The notes: a model not told the origin generated them from the letters alone. A stretch of DNA of 64,000 bases from Deltaproteobacteria bacterium (GCA_026712905.1 JAPOPM010000145.1:954-64953), one strand, 5' to 3'; shown: positions 45,355 to 56,034, counted from the stretch's first letter. A program made the numbers and translations.

Positions 45355-48300
45355 AACTGAAACGGCTGGCCATCAACCGGCTTCCCGGCATCAGCCAACC
45401 CTATGAGATGGAAGCGCTCGGCGCGGGTTTCCACGTCGTGTTCGGGCCCAACGGCATCGGCAAGTCGAGCATCTGTCGCGCCGTCGAGGCGCTTTACTGG
45501 GAAGACCGGCATCCTTCCCCGCTGACGTCCGTAAGCGGGGAGTTCGACTGGGACGGCGAATCGTGGTGGGCGCAACGCGATGGCATGCGCGTCACCTGGC
45601 AGCGGAACGGCACGCCGGACGTTTCCCCGACCCTTCCCGCGTCCCATCATGACCGCTGCTTCTTCCTGCGCCTCCGGGAACTCATCGAGCCGTCGCGGGA
45701 CGGCGCCGCCGACGTCGCCGCGGAGATCCGGCGTCAGATGTCCGGCGGATTCGATCTGGACCGGATCGCCGCCGACCTCTTCACGGGCGTGACCCGCGCC
45801 CTCGGCCGGCGCGAACGCAACAGCTTCAACAAGGCGGCGGACGACGTGCAGCAGGAGGTCGCGCGGCAGAACGGTCTCCAGGGGCGCGCGGATGAACTCG
45901 GAAGGTTGCGCAGCCTCCTCGAAGAGACGGAAGCGGCGGTCCGCCGGCGGGCTTTCGTGGAGCGCGCCATCGGGCTTGCGCGCCGGCGGAACGAACTCGC
46001 CCGCGTCCTGGAGCAGATCGCGGCCTTGCCCGCGCCGCTGGCGCGGCTGACCGGAAAAGAGGCCGAGGAGGTCAGGCGCCACCAGCATCAGGCGGACACG
46101 TTCGTCGAACGGGTGCGTTCCCTGGAACAGGACTTGCGCCGGGCGCGCGAGACCCGGCAGGAAACCGCGCTCGACCGCCCCGTCGAACAGGCCGACCTTG
46201 CGGCGTGGCGCCAGAAGGCGGACGACCTGCGCCGTATCGAGCTGGACCTCGACACGGCACGAAGCGAACGCAGGGCCACCCGGAGGGAGCTTGCCTCGGC
46301 GTTGCTGGCCATCGGCGGCACGGACATCGACAAGATCTCGCTCACGCTGTCCGAACATGGGGAGCTGTTCGACTTCCTGCGTTCCAGCCAGGTCCACGGC
46401 GCCCGCGTGGGCGCCATCGAGGAACGGCTGCGGTTGATCGAGCGCGCCGGCGAACCCGAGGACGCCGCGCAACGACTCGAGTCTTGTCGAGACGCAACGG
46501 AAGCCTTGCGGTCGTGGCTGCGCATACCCGAGCCGGACGGTTTCCTGCGCCGGCTTCGCACCCGGTGGCCGTGGTTGCTGTTGGCCCTGGCATCGCTGTT
46601 GGCCGGCCTCGGACTGGCTTCCCTGGACGATCCCACGGCGAATTTCCTCGGACCGATCATGAGCGAGCTTGCCGCACAAATAGAGGTGCCGCCCGGGCTC
46701 GTCGGGTATTCGGGATGGCTGGGAGGCTTGGGCGGCGCACTCGCCCTGGCCGTGCTCCTGTTCGGCCAGGGGCGGGGCTCCAATGCCGCCAGGAAGGCCG
46801 CGCGGGCCGAATACGAACGGCTGGCTCTCGAAGGACCCGGCAAGTGGGACCCTCCGTCCGTGGAGGTGCGGCTGCGCCAACTGGAACGCGACGCCGCGGC
46901 CGTCGAGTCGTCTCTGCAGCGGGCGCGTGACCGCGACGTGGAACGGCAGACACTCGAGAACGAGTTGGAGGTGTTGTCCGAACAGGAGGCCGCCATTGAG
47001 GCCCGCCGGGAGGAAATCCAGGGCAGGCTGGGCGTGGATTCGCTGCCGCGCGACGCGGAGCTCGTGGACTTCGCGCGCGCTCTGGACCAACTCCGCCAGG
47101 CCCGTGCCGGCGACGAAGCCGCGGCGGGCAAGGTGGAAGGGCTCGATCAGAAGTACAAGGCTCTGCTGGAGGAGTTGGCAGCCGGCCTGGAGAAGCACGG
47201 CGAGCTCGCGCCCGGTGACGCCGCCACGGCGGCCGCGCGGCTCCATAACCTCGTGGACCGGAACGCGCGGCTGGAGAAGGCGCTCTCGGACGAACGCAAC
47301 ATGGCCGTCCAGATCGAGGAGAGCACGGCCGACCGCGAGGCAACCCTCGGCGCCATTCGGCGGATCTACTCCGAGTCCTCGCTGAACGACGGGGACATGG
47401 ACGGCCTCCTGTCGCTGCTCAGCTCGTTGGAGCGTTATCGCGCTCTGGTCAGCGAGCAGACCAGCCTTGAAGGCCAGATCGGACTGGACCGCGCGGAGCT
47501 CGACAAGGCGGGGGAGTCGGACCTGGCCGGATGCGATGAGCCGGCCCTCGATCGGATCAGGGACGAATTGTCGGGGCAGGACACGAAGGCCGAGGAGTTG
47601 AGGAACGAGATCGCCGCGATCACCGCCGAGTTGAACGCGGCCAGGAGCGGCAAGGGCATGCAGGATCTCCTCGCCGCTCGCGAAGCCGCCCGCGCCAGGT
47701 TGCGGGACCTCCGCGACCAGGCGCTGTACGCGAAGGCGGGGAGATGCCTCATCCACGCGGTGGAAGAGGAGTATGAGCACAAACGGTTGCCGCACGTGTT
47801 CGAACGCGCCCGCAACCACTTCTCCGGGTTCACCCATCACCACTACCAACTGGAGCTGGACAAGGGCAGCGAGACTCCCCTGCTGTTCGCGCGCGAGTCG
47901 CGCAGCGGGGAAGCGCGGAGACTCGATGAGCTGTCGGACGGCACCCGCGCCCAGTTGCTGTTGGCCGCGCGCATCGCCTACGCCGAGGAAGTGGAACAGG
48001 GCAGGGTCCTGCCGCTGTTTCTCGACGAAGCGCTCGACCAGAGCGACCCCCAGCGGTTCGAGGCCATCGTGCGCAGCCTCGGGCGCGTGGCCAGGGAACA
48101 GGACCGCCAGATCTTCTATCTCACCAGCGATCCTGTGGACGTCGACCGCATCGAGGACGCGCTCGGCAAGGAGGATTGCCGCATCGCCGCCGCCATCGAC
48201 CTGGGCCGGATCCGAACGAAGGCGGCAAGCGTCAGCGGACCGCAGGTTCTCCGCGTCGATCCGGGCCCGACGGTGCCGGCGCCGGACCATCTTTCGCTGG

Positions 48301-48923
48301 AGGAGTACGGAGCCGCGCTCGGCGTGCCGGAGTTCCGTCCGGACCAAGGCTACACCGAGCAGCATTTCTACTATTTGCTGTGGGAAGACCTGCACCTGCT
48401 GCGCGACTTCCTGTTGAACGGCATCGAGCGCGCCGGGCAGTGGCAGACGGTTTCAGGCACGCCGCTCGCCGAAACCCTCGGGTCCCGTTCGATCACGTCC
48501 GCGGAGATCACGTCGCGCCTGGAGCTGCTCGAGGCCTATTGCGACTTGTGGATGCAGGGAAGGAACCGGCCCGTGGACCGCGCCGCGCTGGAAGCCTGCG
48601 GCGTGCTCACCGAACGCTACCTGGAGGACGTCGTTTCCATCGCAAGGGAGCTGGACGGCGACCCGAAGAAGCTCCTCGCCGCCCTCGACGAGGACAGGGA
48701 CCCGCGGCTGCGCGGCTTCCGCCAGGCGAGCGTCGAGGGATTGCAACGCTATCTCGCCGAGGCCGGCTACCTCGACGAACGCCCCATTCTCACCGAAGCC
48801 GAACTCGCGCTGCGCGCACGCACCACCCCCGCCGCCGCCCGACTCCCCGACGGCGTCGCCAACGACTGCCTCCAACGTTGGTGGGGCTGGGCACAGAAAT
48901 CATCCGAACCCGGTTCGCGATGA
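45351..48923 (+). CDS. sbcC: Rad50/SbcC-like SMC-family ATPase (1190 aa) with internal transmembrane hairpin and C-terminal extension
   Basis: Walker A FGPNGIGKSS; signature LSDGTRAQLL; Walker B/D-loop LPLFLDEALDQSD; long coiled coil. Two hydrophobic helices (WPWLLLALASLLAGLGLASL, GYSGWLGGLGGALALAVLLFG) sit where a CxxC zinc hook would be. Confidence 0.75.
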   Translation: MKLKRLAINRLPGISQPYEMEALGAGFHVVFGPNGIGKSSICRAVEALYWEDRHPSPLTSVSGEFDWDGESWWAQRDGMRVTWQRNGTPDVSPTLPASHHDRCFFLRLRELIEPSRDGAADVAAEIRRQMSGGFDLDRIAADLFTGVTRALGRRERNSFNKAADDVQQEVARQNGLQGRADELGRLRSLLEETEAAVRRRAFVERAIGLARRRNELARVLEQIAALPAPLARLTGKEAEEVRRHQHQADTFVERVRSLEQDLRRARETRQETALDRPVEQADLAAWRQKADDLRRIELDLDTARSERRATRRELASALLAIGGTDIDKISLTLSEHGELFDFLRSSQVHGARVGAIEERLRLIERAGEPEDAAQRLESCRDATEALRSWLRIPEPDGFLRRLRTRWPWLLLALASLLAGLGLASLDDPTANFLGPIMSELAAQIEVPPGLVGYSGWLGGLGGALALAVLLFGQGRGSNAARKAARAEYERLALEGPGKWDPPSVEVRLRQLERDAAAVESSLQRARDRDVERQTLENELEVLSEQEAAIEARREEIQGRLGVDSLPRDAELVDFARALDQLRQARAGDEAAAGKVEGLDQKYKALLEELAAGLEKHGELAPGDAATAAARLHNLVDRNARLEKALSDERNMAVQIEESTADREATLGAIRRIYSESSLNDGDMDGLLSLLSSLERYRALVSEQTSLEGQIGLDRAELDKAGESDLAGCDEPALDRIRDELSGQDTKAEELRNEIAAITAELNAARSGKGMQDLLAAREAARARLRDLRDQALYAKAGRCLIHAVEEEYEHKRLPHVFERARNHFSGFTHHHYQLELDKGSETPLLFARESRSGEARRLDELSDGTRAQLLLAARIAYAEEVEQGRVLPLFLDEALDQSDPQRFEAIVRSLGRVAREQDRQIFYLTSDPVDVDRIEDALGKEDCRIAAAIDLGRIRTKAASVSGPQVLRVDPGPTVPAPDHLSLEEYGAALGVPEFRPDQGYTEQHFYYLLWEDLHLLRDFLLNGIERAGQWQTVSGTPLAETLGSRSITSAEITSRLELLEAYCDLWMQGRNRPVDRAALEACGVLTERYLEDVVSIARELDGDPKKLLAALDEDRDPRLRGFRQASVEGLQRYLAEAGYLDERPILTEAELALRARTTPAAARLPDGVANDCLQRWWGWAQKSSEPGSR

Positions 48924-49118
48924 CGGCGTCGCGGCGGAGCTGCTCAACACCTCGCCCCGTTGCGGGCGTGTCGGCTATGGCCCTCGAATATGGCTAGCTG
49001 CATGTGTTCGAGGACGGTAACGGTAGGATCCGCCGTTACGTTGAACACCATGTCGTGGCCGGGCGCAGGCTCAACCCGCCGGCGGAGACGGACCCGATGA
49101 AGGCGGTAGACGACCTAC

Positions 49119-49958
49119 TCAGTGGACGCGGCACGCACGCTCTATCGACACTATAAAGTCGTCGATGTCGTTCTCGTCGACTACTCTGGTTGCAAACGGT
49201 GCATGTTCGAGGATCGTCTTGGCGATTTCGTAGGCACCGGAGAGTGAGCTGTCCTGAGGGCGGCCCAGCAGAAAGTACAGTTCGATTTCCTCGCTCGTGC
49301 CCTCGGCGACGGCCGCCAGATGGCCGCGCCACCGGCGTGCCTTGTCCTTGATGCCGTCTGCATCGGCCATGTCCAGCGACACTGGTTCGTAGGCATGCCA
49401 CCGTCCGTTCTGCCAAGCCTTCTCGAACTCGATCTGGTCTTGGGTACCCACCACAGCCTTGGGCTTGAACGGGACGTTGACGCCGCGCTCCAGGAGCTTG
49501 TCACGGACAAGTCGCCAGACATCGTCGTCGGATCGGCGCCTGACTGGCCTGGAGTCGTACCGGGTGACGTAACGTTCATAGAGGCGGTCCAATGTCCTGG
49601 CGGGGTCAGTCGTCATCCCTGTGCCTGTTGGCGACCATTGCAAGGCGCTGTCGTCGTCGGGCAGTACCTTCAACGCGTGAGCCCGGGCGTCGGTGTGGAC
49701 GTCGAACAAAGGCAAGTAGTCGGCCTGCTTTGCGACGGTAGAGAATCCGCGGCGGACCGCCTGCATGGCACTGGTGAAGGCTTCGCGGTCGAGATCGGGG
49801 AAGGTCTGTTTCAGGCGACCCACCGTCCTGCGAGTCCGAACCCTCAGGAAACTGGCCGCGGGTGCATGCATCACGACACCGACATTGAGCGCCTCCCCGG
49901 AAACCACGTCGTGGACGTAGCGGAGCACGGTATAACTGTAGGCTTGCTTCTCGGTCAT
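49119..49958 (-). CDS. DUF3037-domain protein
   Basis: N-terminal YSYTVLRYVHDVVSGEALNVGVVMH matches the DUF3037 signature. Confidence 0.7.
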   Translation of the reverse strand: MTEKQAYSYTVLRYVHDVVSGEALNVGVVMHAPAASFLRVRTRRTVGRLKQTFPDLDREAFTSAMQAVRRGFSTVAKQADYLPLFDVHTDARAHALKVLPDDDSALQWSPTGTGMTTDPARTLDRLYERYVTRYDSRPVRRRSDDDVWRLVRDKLLERGVNVPFKPKAVVGTQDQIEFEKAWQNGRWHAYEPVSLDMADADGIKDKARRWRGHLAAVAEGTSEEIELYFLLGRPQDSSLSGAYEIAKTILEHAPFATRVVDENDIDDFIVSIERACRVH

Positions 49959-49992
49959 TGCAGTATCCGCCTTGTCTCAGCGATTATGCTAT

Positions 49993-50238
49993 CTAAATTG
50001 TCTCTCGCATTCCGAACCCGGTCAAAGGTGTCGGCACAGGTAGCTTCAGATCGGTCGCCAGGCAGGTCGCCACAACCTCCCGGGCCAAGCTGGTCACCCC
50101 TTCGAAACAACCCGCGGAGAGTTTGCAAAACACCTCGATGGCTCCATCAGTATCTGCCCCGCAGAGCATCAGAACGGGTTTCGTGCGTCCCGATGTTGCT
50201 TGGCGTAGGATCTCGTCGGCGGTTACGCGACCGAGCAT
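49993..50238 (-). CDS. small ORF (81 aa), possibly a truncated remnant of a partner gene of DUF3037
   Basis: Sits 34 nt upstream of the DUF3037 gene and 62 nt downstream of the aminotransferase gene on the same strand. No recognisable full domain. Confidence 0.3.
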   Translation of the reverse strand: MLGRVTADEILRQATSGRTKPVLMLCGADTDGAIEVFCKLSAGCFEGVTSLAREVVATCLATDLKLPVPTPLTGFGMRETI

Positions 50239-50300
50239 CCGGTCTCCCCACCGAACACTTCGTGCAGCATGGCCGGGATGAGCGTGTCTAATCCCGGTCC

Positions 50301-51473
50301 TTACTCTCCGGCATACACCCGTTCAATCGCCCCCAGCGCCTCCTCCACCGCCACATCCGCTCCCTCTTCCCGCAGGATCTGTCCCAGCGCCTCGATCAGT
50401 GCCACGACGTTCTCTTTCCGGCTCGACTCGCCCATGAGGCCGATGCGCCAGGTCTTGCCGGCGAGGGCGCCGAGGCCGCCGCCGATTTCGATGTTGAAGT
50501 CGAGGAGCAGGCGCTTGCGGATGGCGCCGTCGTTGGCGCCTTCGGGGATCTTGACGCTGTTGAGCATCCACAGGCGGTGGCCTTCCTGGGAGGCGAGGGG
50601 GATGCCGAGGGCCTCCAGGCCGGCGACGAGGGCGCGGTGGTTCAGCTCGTGGCGCGCGAAGCGCGCTTCCAGGCCTTCGCGCTCGATCTCGCTGAGGGCG
50701 GCGTGGAGACCGTAGTTCATGGAGATGGGGGCGGTGTGGTGGTAGGCGCGCTCCTCGCCCCAGTAGCGCGCGATCATGGTGAAGTCGAGGTACCAGCTCT
50801 TGACCTTGCTCTTGCGCCGCGCCAGCTTGTCGCGCGCCGCCGGGCCGAAGGACACGGGCGACAGCCCCGGCGGGCAGCTCAGGCATTTCTGGGTGCCGCT
50901 GTAGGCGGCGTCGACGTTCCAGGCGTCGAGGGTCACGGGGCATCCCCCCAGCGAGGTCACGGTGTCCAGCACCAGCAGGGCGCCGGCGTCGTGGGCGAGC
51001 CGTGAAATCTCTTCCACCGGCTGCAACACGCCGGTGGAAGTCTCGGCGTGCACCAGGGTGACGATGTCGACCTTGTGCTCCTTGAGGGCCTGCTCCACCT
51101 GCTCGGGCCGGATGATCTCGCCCCACGGAGCCTCCACCTTGACGAGGTTCCCGCCCAGGCGCTCGACGATGTCGGCCATGCGCGTGCCGAAGACGCCGTT
51201 GATGCACACGAGCACGGTGTCGCCCTCCTCGACGAGGTTCACGAGGCAGGCCTCCATGCCCGCGCTGCCGGTGCCCGACACCGGGAAGGTCAGCTCGTTC
51301 TCGGTGTGGAACAGCCGGCGCAGCATGGCCTTGTTCTCTTCCATGATCTTGAAGAATTCCGGGTCCAGGTGGCCGACCACCGGGGCCGACAGTGCTTCCA
51401 GCACCGTCGGGTGGGGGTTGCTGGGGCCGGGTCCGAGGAGGATTCTCTTGGGCGGATTGAGCGGTGAAGCCAT
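50301..51473 (-). CDS. class V aminotransferase (alanine-glyoxylate / serine-pyruvate aminotransferase-like)
   Basis: PLP-fold motifs: GPGPSNP N-terminus, FPVSGTGSAGMEA, and the PLP Lys in SGTQKCLSCPPG. Confidence 0.85.
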   Translation of the reverse strand: MASPLNPPKRILLGPGPSNPHPTVLEALSAPVVGHLDPEFFKIMEENKAMLRRLFHTENELTFPVSGTGSAGMEACLVNLVEEGDTVLVCINGVFGTRMADIVERLGGNLVKVEAPWGEIIRPEQVEQALKEHKVDIVTLVHAETSTGVLQPVEEISRLAHDAGALLVLDTVTSLGGCPVTLDAWNVDAAYSGTQKCLSCPPGLSPVSFGPAARDKLARRKSKVKSWYLDFTMIARYWGEERAYHHTAPISMNYGLHAALSEIEREGLEARFARHELNHRALVAGLEALGIPLASQEGHRLWMLNSVKIPEGANDGAIRKRLLLDFNIEIGGGLGALAGKTWRIGLMGESSRKENVVALIEALGQILREEGADVAVEEALGAIERVYAGE

Positions 51474-51638
51474 GCGCGTGCTCCTGTGGGTTGTTGGGGA
51501 CGGCTCGGTTGTGAGCAGTGCCGGGCGCGGTGTATTCTGCCAAGCGGTTTATCACGGTACGCTATAACAACCGTGTACTGTACCATCAACACACCTGGGA
51601 GCCACGGTGCGCCTCCCGCACGCTCCCGCCCGGCTTGA

Positions 51639-53177
51639 ATGGAACTCCACCAGAAACTCGCGGAGACCCTGCTCAGGGATGAACTTCTGGTTCCCGGTGA
51701 CGCCGTGCTCGTCGGCGTCTCCGGCGGACCGGATTCGGTGGCGCTGCTTCACCTTCTGACGGAGGTCGCGCCGGCCCTCTCGCTGTCGTTGGAAGTGGCC
51801 CACGTGGAACACGGAATTCGCGGAGCCCGGAGCCGGGAGGACGCGGAGTTCGTCCGGCGCATGGCGGCCGGGCTGTCGCTGCCGTTCCATGTGGCTCGAC
51901 TGGACCTGCACGGTGCCGAATACCGCGAAGCGGCAAGTCGGGATGCTCCTGATGCGCGTGCCGAACACCTGGAAGCCCGCGCCGGGGACCGGGAAAGCAC
52001 GGGAAACCTGGAAGCCCGGGCGCGTACGGAACGCTACCGCTTCTTCGCACGGGTGGCGGCGGAGCGTTGTCTCGCCAAGGTCGCGGTGGGGCACAACCGC
52101 GGCGACCAGGTGGAGACCATGCTGATGTGGCTGCTCCGCGGCTGCGGTCCCGAGGGACTGGCGGGCATGCCGGCGGCGCGGCCGCTGGACCGGGCCCCGG
52201 CCGGCTCCGAGGGTCCGTGGCTCATCCGTCCGTTGCTGGACGTCCCCCGCGACGAGATCCTCGGGTATCTGGAAAGCCGCGGGCTGGAGCACCGGGAGGA
52301 CGACACCAACCGCGACACCCGTTATCTGCGGAACTGGATCCGCCGGACCCTGTTGCCGCAACTGCGGGAACAGACGGACGGCGGGCTGGAGCACCGCGTT
52401 GCCCGGCTGGGCGGCATGCTGCGGTCCGACAACGTGCTGCTGGAGCGGCGGGTGGCCGAGGGCTACCCGCGGGTCAGCCGCGACGACGTGCTGGACCGGG
52501 CCGCCTTTCTCGGGGTCGAGCCCGAGCTGCGGCCCCGAATGGTGCGATTCTGGCTGAGGCGGGTCACGGGCACGCTCCGGCGCGTCGGTCACGCCCACGT
52601 GGATGCCGTCCTCGATCTCATCGCCGGAAGCCGTCCTCACGCCCGTGTATCGCTCACCGGCGCATGGACGGTGGCGCGGCAGTACGAGTCGGTCCGGTTG
52701 GTCTTCGCCACGGACGAAGAACGCGAAGGCGCGAAGGGCGACGGGGAGGAATATTCCTACCCGCTCCCACTCGAAGGCGAGCTCCTCCTGCCCGAGGCCG
52801 GGTTGAAGCTCACGGCGTGGCGCTCGGACAGCCTGGACCTTCCGGCGAACCCCTTCGAGGCCGCCTTCGACCTCCGCGCCGTGGAGCGGGTCGAGGGTAC
52901 CCTCCTGGTGCGGAACTTCCGCCCGGGTGACCGCTTCCGGCCGCTGGGCATGGCCGGGCACAAGAAGCTCAAGGACCTGTTCATGGAGATGAAGCTGCCG
53001 CGCCCCCGTCGCCGCACCTTGCCGCTGGTCCTTACGGGGGAGGAGATCGTGTGGATTCCCGGGTGCGCGCGCGGTGACTTCGCCAGGTTGGAGCCGGCGA
53101 GCCGCGCGGCGTGGCGGGTCAAAATCCGTCCCTCCTCGGCGGGCGTGGCACACGACCGGTCCGCGAGGCGTGGTTGA
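51639..53177 (+). CDS. tilS: tRNA(Ile)-lysidine synthetase
   Basis: PP-loop VGVSGGPDSVAL and the TilS substrate-binding C-terminal domain. Confidence 0.85.
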   Translation: MELHQKLAETLLRDELLVPGDAVLVGVSGGPDSVALLHLLTEVAPALSLSLEVAHVEHGIRGARSREDAEFVRRMAAGLSLPFHVARLDLHGAEYREAASRDAPDARAEHLEARAGDRESTGNLEARARTERYRFFARVAAERCLAKVAVGHNRGDQVETMLMWLLRGCGPEGLAGMPAARPLDRAPAGSEGPWLIRPLLDVPRDEILGYLESRGLEHREDDTNRDTRYLRNWIRRTLLPQLREQTDGGLEHRVARLGGMLRSDNVLLERRVAEGYPRVSRDDVLDRAAFLGVEPELRPRMVRFWLRRVTGTLRRVGHAHVDAVLDLIAGSRPHARVSLTGAWTVARQYESVRLVFATDEEREGAKGDGEEYSYPLPLEGELLLPEAGLKLTAWRSDSLDLPANPFEAAFDLRAVERVEGTLLVRNFRPGDRFRPLGMAGHKKLKDLFMEMKLPRPRRRTLPLVLTGEEIVWIPGCARGDFARLEPASRAAWRVKIRPSSAGVAHDRSARRG

Positions 53178-53270
53178 CTTGGCCGCTCCCCGTTCTTATT
53201 GAAGAAGATGTACCCGTATGTTAACGTTTTCCAGGCAGGATAGGGGTGCGAAAGGCTGGAGAGGCCCTCT

Positions 53271-55109
53271 TTGAACCAAGCGACAAAAAACCTTGCTCTG
53301 TGGCTCGTGCTCGGGCTGATGTTTCTGCTGCTCTTCAACGTCTTTACGCGGCAGCAGGGCCGGGACCCCGAGATCATCTACAGCGACTTCTGGTCGGCGG
53401 TGGAGCGTGGAGATGTTCAGGAAGTCACCATTCAAGGGCGGTACGTCCACGGCAAGTACCAGAGCGGCGAGCGATTCCGGACCTTCTCGCCGAATGATCC
53501 AGGCTTGGTGACGACGCTGCGGGAAAAGAACATCCGCATCGCCGCCAAGCCGGAGGATGATTCCCCTTGGTACTTCGTGCTGCTGGTGAACTGGTTCCCG
53601 ATGCTGCTGCTGGTGGGGGTGTGGATTTTCTTCATGCGGCAGATGCAGGTCGGGGGCGGCAAGGCCATGTCCTTCGGCAAGAGCCGCGCGCGCCTGTTGA
53701 ACGAAAACCAGGTGCGGGTGACGTTCAGCGACGTGGCCGGGGTGGACGAGGCCAAGGAGGAGCTGCAGGAAGTCATCGCCTTTCTGAAGGACCCGAAGAA
53801 GTTCACGCGCCTGGGCGGGCGCATCCCCAAGGGCTGCCTGCTGGTGGGGCCTCCGGGCACGGGCAAGACGCTTCTGGCGCGCGCCATCGCCGGTGAAGCG
53901 GGCGTGCCCTTCTTCAGCATCAGCGGATCGGACTTCGTCGAGATGTTCGTGGGCGTGGGCGCGTCGCGGGTGCGCGACCTGTTCGTCCAGGCCAAGAAGC
54001 AGGCGCCGTGCATCGTTTTCGTGGATGAGATCGACGCGGTCGGACGCCAGCGCGGCGCCGGCCTCGGCGGCGGGCACGACGAGCGCGAGCAGACCCTCAA
54101 CCAGTTGCTGGTGGAGATGGACGGTTTCGAGGCCAACGACGGCGTCATCCTCATCGCCGCCACCAACCGCCCGGACGTGCTCGATCCCGCGCTGCTGCGG
54201 CCCGGACGGTTCGACCGCCGGGTAGTGGTGCCGCCGCCCGACATCAAGGGACGCGAGGGCATCCTCGCGGTGCACGCCGGCCGGGTGCCGCTGGAAAACG
54301 ACGTGGACATCCGGGTGCTGGCGCGCGGGACCCCCGGCTTCGCCGGCGCGGATCTCGAGAACCTTGTCAACGAGGCGGCGCTGCTGGCGGCGCGGCACGA
54401 CAAGGAAAAGGTCAACATGAGTGACTTTGAGCTGGCCAAGGACAAAGTCATGATGGGGACCGAGCGCAAGAGCATGATCATCAGCGACGAGGAGAAGCGC
54501 AACACGGCCTACCACGAGTCCGGCCACGCGCTGGTGGCGAAGCTCCTGCCGGACGCCGACCCGGTGCACAAGGTGACCATCATCCCGCGCGGCATGGCCC
54601 TGGGCCTGACCCAGCAGCTCCCCACGGACGAGCGCCACAGCCAGGACAGGGAGCACCTCCTCGGCACCATGACCATCCTTTTCGGCGGACGCGTGGCCGA
54701 GGAGCTGGTGCTCGATCACATGACCACCGGGGCCGGCAACGACATCGAGCGCGCCACCGAGCTGGCCCACCGCATGGTGTGCGAGTGGGGCATGAGCGAC
54801 AAGCTGGGACCCATGACCTTCGGCAAGAAGGAAGAGCAGATCTTTCTCGGGCGCGACTTCACCCAGCAGCAGGACTACTCCGAAAGCACGGCGGTGGAGA
54901 TCGACATGGAGGTCCGGCGCATCATCCAGGACTGCTACGCCCGGGCCAAGGAACTCCTGACCAGTCACATGGACCTGCTGCACGGGGTCGCCAAGGAGTT
55001 GCTGGAGAAGGAAGTGCTGGACGGCGCGGAGATCGACGCCATCGTCAACGAATACATGGGAGACAGCGGTCCCGACCTGCCCCCGACATCCGTTCCCGCC
55101 GGCGACTGA
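53271..55109 (+). CDS. ftsH: ATP-dependent zinc metalloprotease FtsH
   Basis: Two N-terminal TM helices; AAA Walker A GPPGTGKT, Walker B DEIDA, SRH; Zn-protease HESGHA. Confidence 0.95.
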   Translation: MNQATKNLALWLVLGLMFLLLFNVFTRQQGRDPEIIYSDFWSAVERGDVQEVTIQGRYVHGKYQSGERFRTFSPNDPGLVTTLREKNIRIAAKPEDDSPWYFVLLVNWFPMLLLVGVWIFFMRQMQVGGGKAMSFGKSRARLLNENQVRVTFSDVAGVDEAKEELQEVIAFLKDPKKFTRLGGRIPKGCLLVGPPGTGKTLLARAIAGEAGVPFFSISGSDFVEMFVGVGASRVRDLFVQAKKQAPCIVFVDEIDAVGRQRGAGLGGGHDEREQTLNQLLVEMDGFEANDGVILIAATNRPDVLDPALLRPGRFDRRVVVPPPDIKGREGILAVHAGRVPLENDVDIRVLARGTPGFAGADLENLVNEAALLAARHDKEKVNMSDFELAKDKVMMGTERKSMIISDEEKRNTAYHESGHALVAKLLPDADPVHKVTIIPRGMALGLTQQLPTDERHSQDREHLLGTMTILFGGRVAEELVLDHMTTGAGNDIERATELAHRMVCEWGMSDKLGPMTFGKKEEQIFLGRDFTQQQDYSESTAVEIDMEVRRIIQDCYARAKELLTSHMDLLHGVAKELLEKEVLDGAEIDAIVNEYMGDSGPDLPPTSVPAGD

Positions 55110-55146
55110 CCGGACCGGCATCCCCGCTTCTTTACGTTCGCGGTCA

Positions 55147-56034
55147 TTGTTGGACGCCAACCGCAACCCGAACCCAGACCCGGTACTGGAAACGCGCCAC
55201 GGCGTGGTGGACATGCGCCGGCGCACGGCGGTGATGGGGATCCTGAACGTGACCCCGGACTCCTTTTCCGACGGCGGCCGCTACGTGGACGTCGACGCCG
55301 CGCTGGCCCATGGCGTCGAGATGGCGCGCCAGGGCGCGAGCATCGTGGACGTGGGCGGGGAATCGACACGGCCGGGCGCGGATGCGGTGTCGCTGGAGGA
55401 AGAGCTGGGGCGGGTGATCCCGGTCATACGCGGGTTGCGAGCGCGGGTCGCCGTGCCCATCAGCATCGATACGTACAAGGAAGCGGTGGCCCGGCGGGCG
55501 CTGGCGGCCGGCGCGGACATGGTCAACGATATCAGCGCCCTTCGGTTCGATCCCGCCATGGCGGGCTTGGTGGCGGCCGAGGATGTTCCGGTGGTACTCA
55601 TGCACATGCAGGGCCAGCCCCGCACCATGCAGCGCGCGCCGCACTATGTCGACGTCGTGCGGGAGGTGGCCGCCTTCCTCCGGGAACGCGTGGCCTTTGC
55701 CCTGGAGCGCGGCGTGGGCGCGCACCGCGTCGTGGTGGACCCCGGTATCGGCTTCGGCAAGGACATGGGCCACAACCTGGAGTTGCTGCGGCGCCTGGAC
55801 ACCTTGGTGTCGCTGGGACGGCCCGTGCTCGTGGGGCTTTCCCGCAAGGCGTTCCTCGGACGCCTGCTGGATGAGGGGACGCCGGACGCGCGCCTCGAAG
55901 GGAGCCTGGCGGGGGCGGCCGCGGCGGTGCTCGCCGGCGTCCACATGATCCGCGCCCACGACGTGGCGGAAACATGCCGGGCCGTTCGCGTGGCGGGGGC
56001 CATCCGCGCGGGCGCACCGGAAGGGAGCCCATGA
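55147..56034 (+). CDS. folP: dihydropteroate synthase
   Basis: GILNVTPDSFSDGG and the pterin-binding barrel motifs. An internal Met at 55213 is an alternative start. Confidence 0.85.
   Translation: MLDANRNPNPDPVLETRHGVVDMRRRTAVMGILNVTPDSFSDGGRYVDVDAALAHGVEMARQGASIVDVGGESTRPGADAVSLEEELGRVIPVIRGLRARVAVPISIDTYKEAVARRALAAGADMVNDISALRFDPAMAGLVAAEDVPVVLMHMQGQPRTMQRAPHYVDVVREVAAFLRERVAFALERGVGAHRVVVDPGIGFGKDMGHNLELLRRLDTLVSLGRPVLVGLSRKAFLGRLLDEGTPDARLEGSLAGAAAAVLAGVHMIRAHDVAETCRAVRVAGAIRAGAPEGSP

Noticed and set aside
44724-48395. 1223-aa ORF antisense to the SbcC-like gene. Similar very long antisense ORFs occur elsewhere (60164-63157, 15547-17355, 2333-3835, 11531-12844).
   Set aside because: Codon-position GC skew in a 65-70% GC genome suppresses stop codons on the opposite strand. 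These ORFs have Arg/Gly/Pro-rich, low-complexity translations and no motifs, and they fully overlap well-supported genes.
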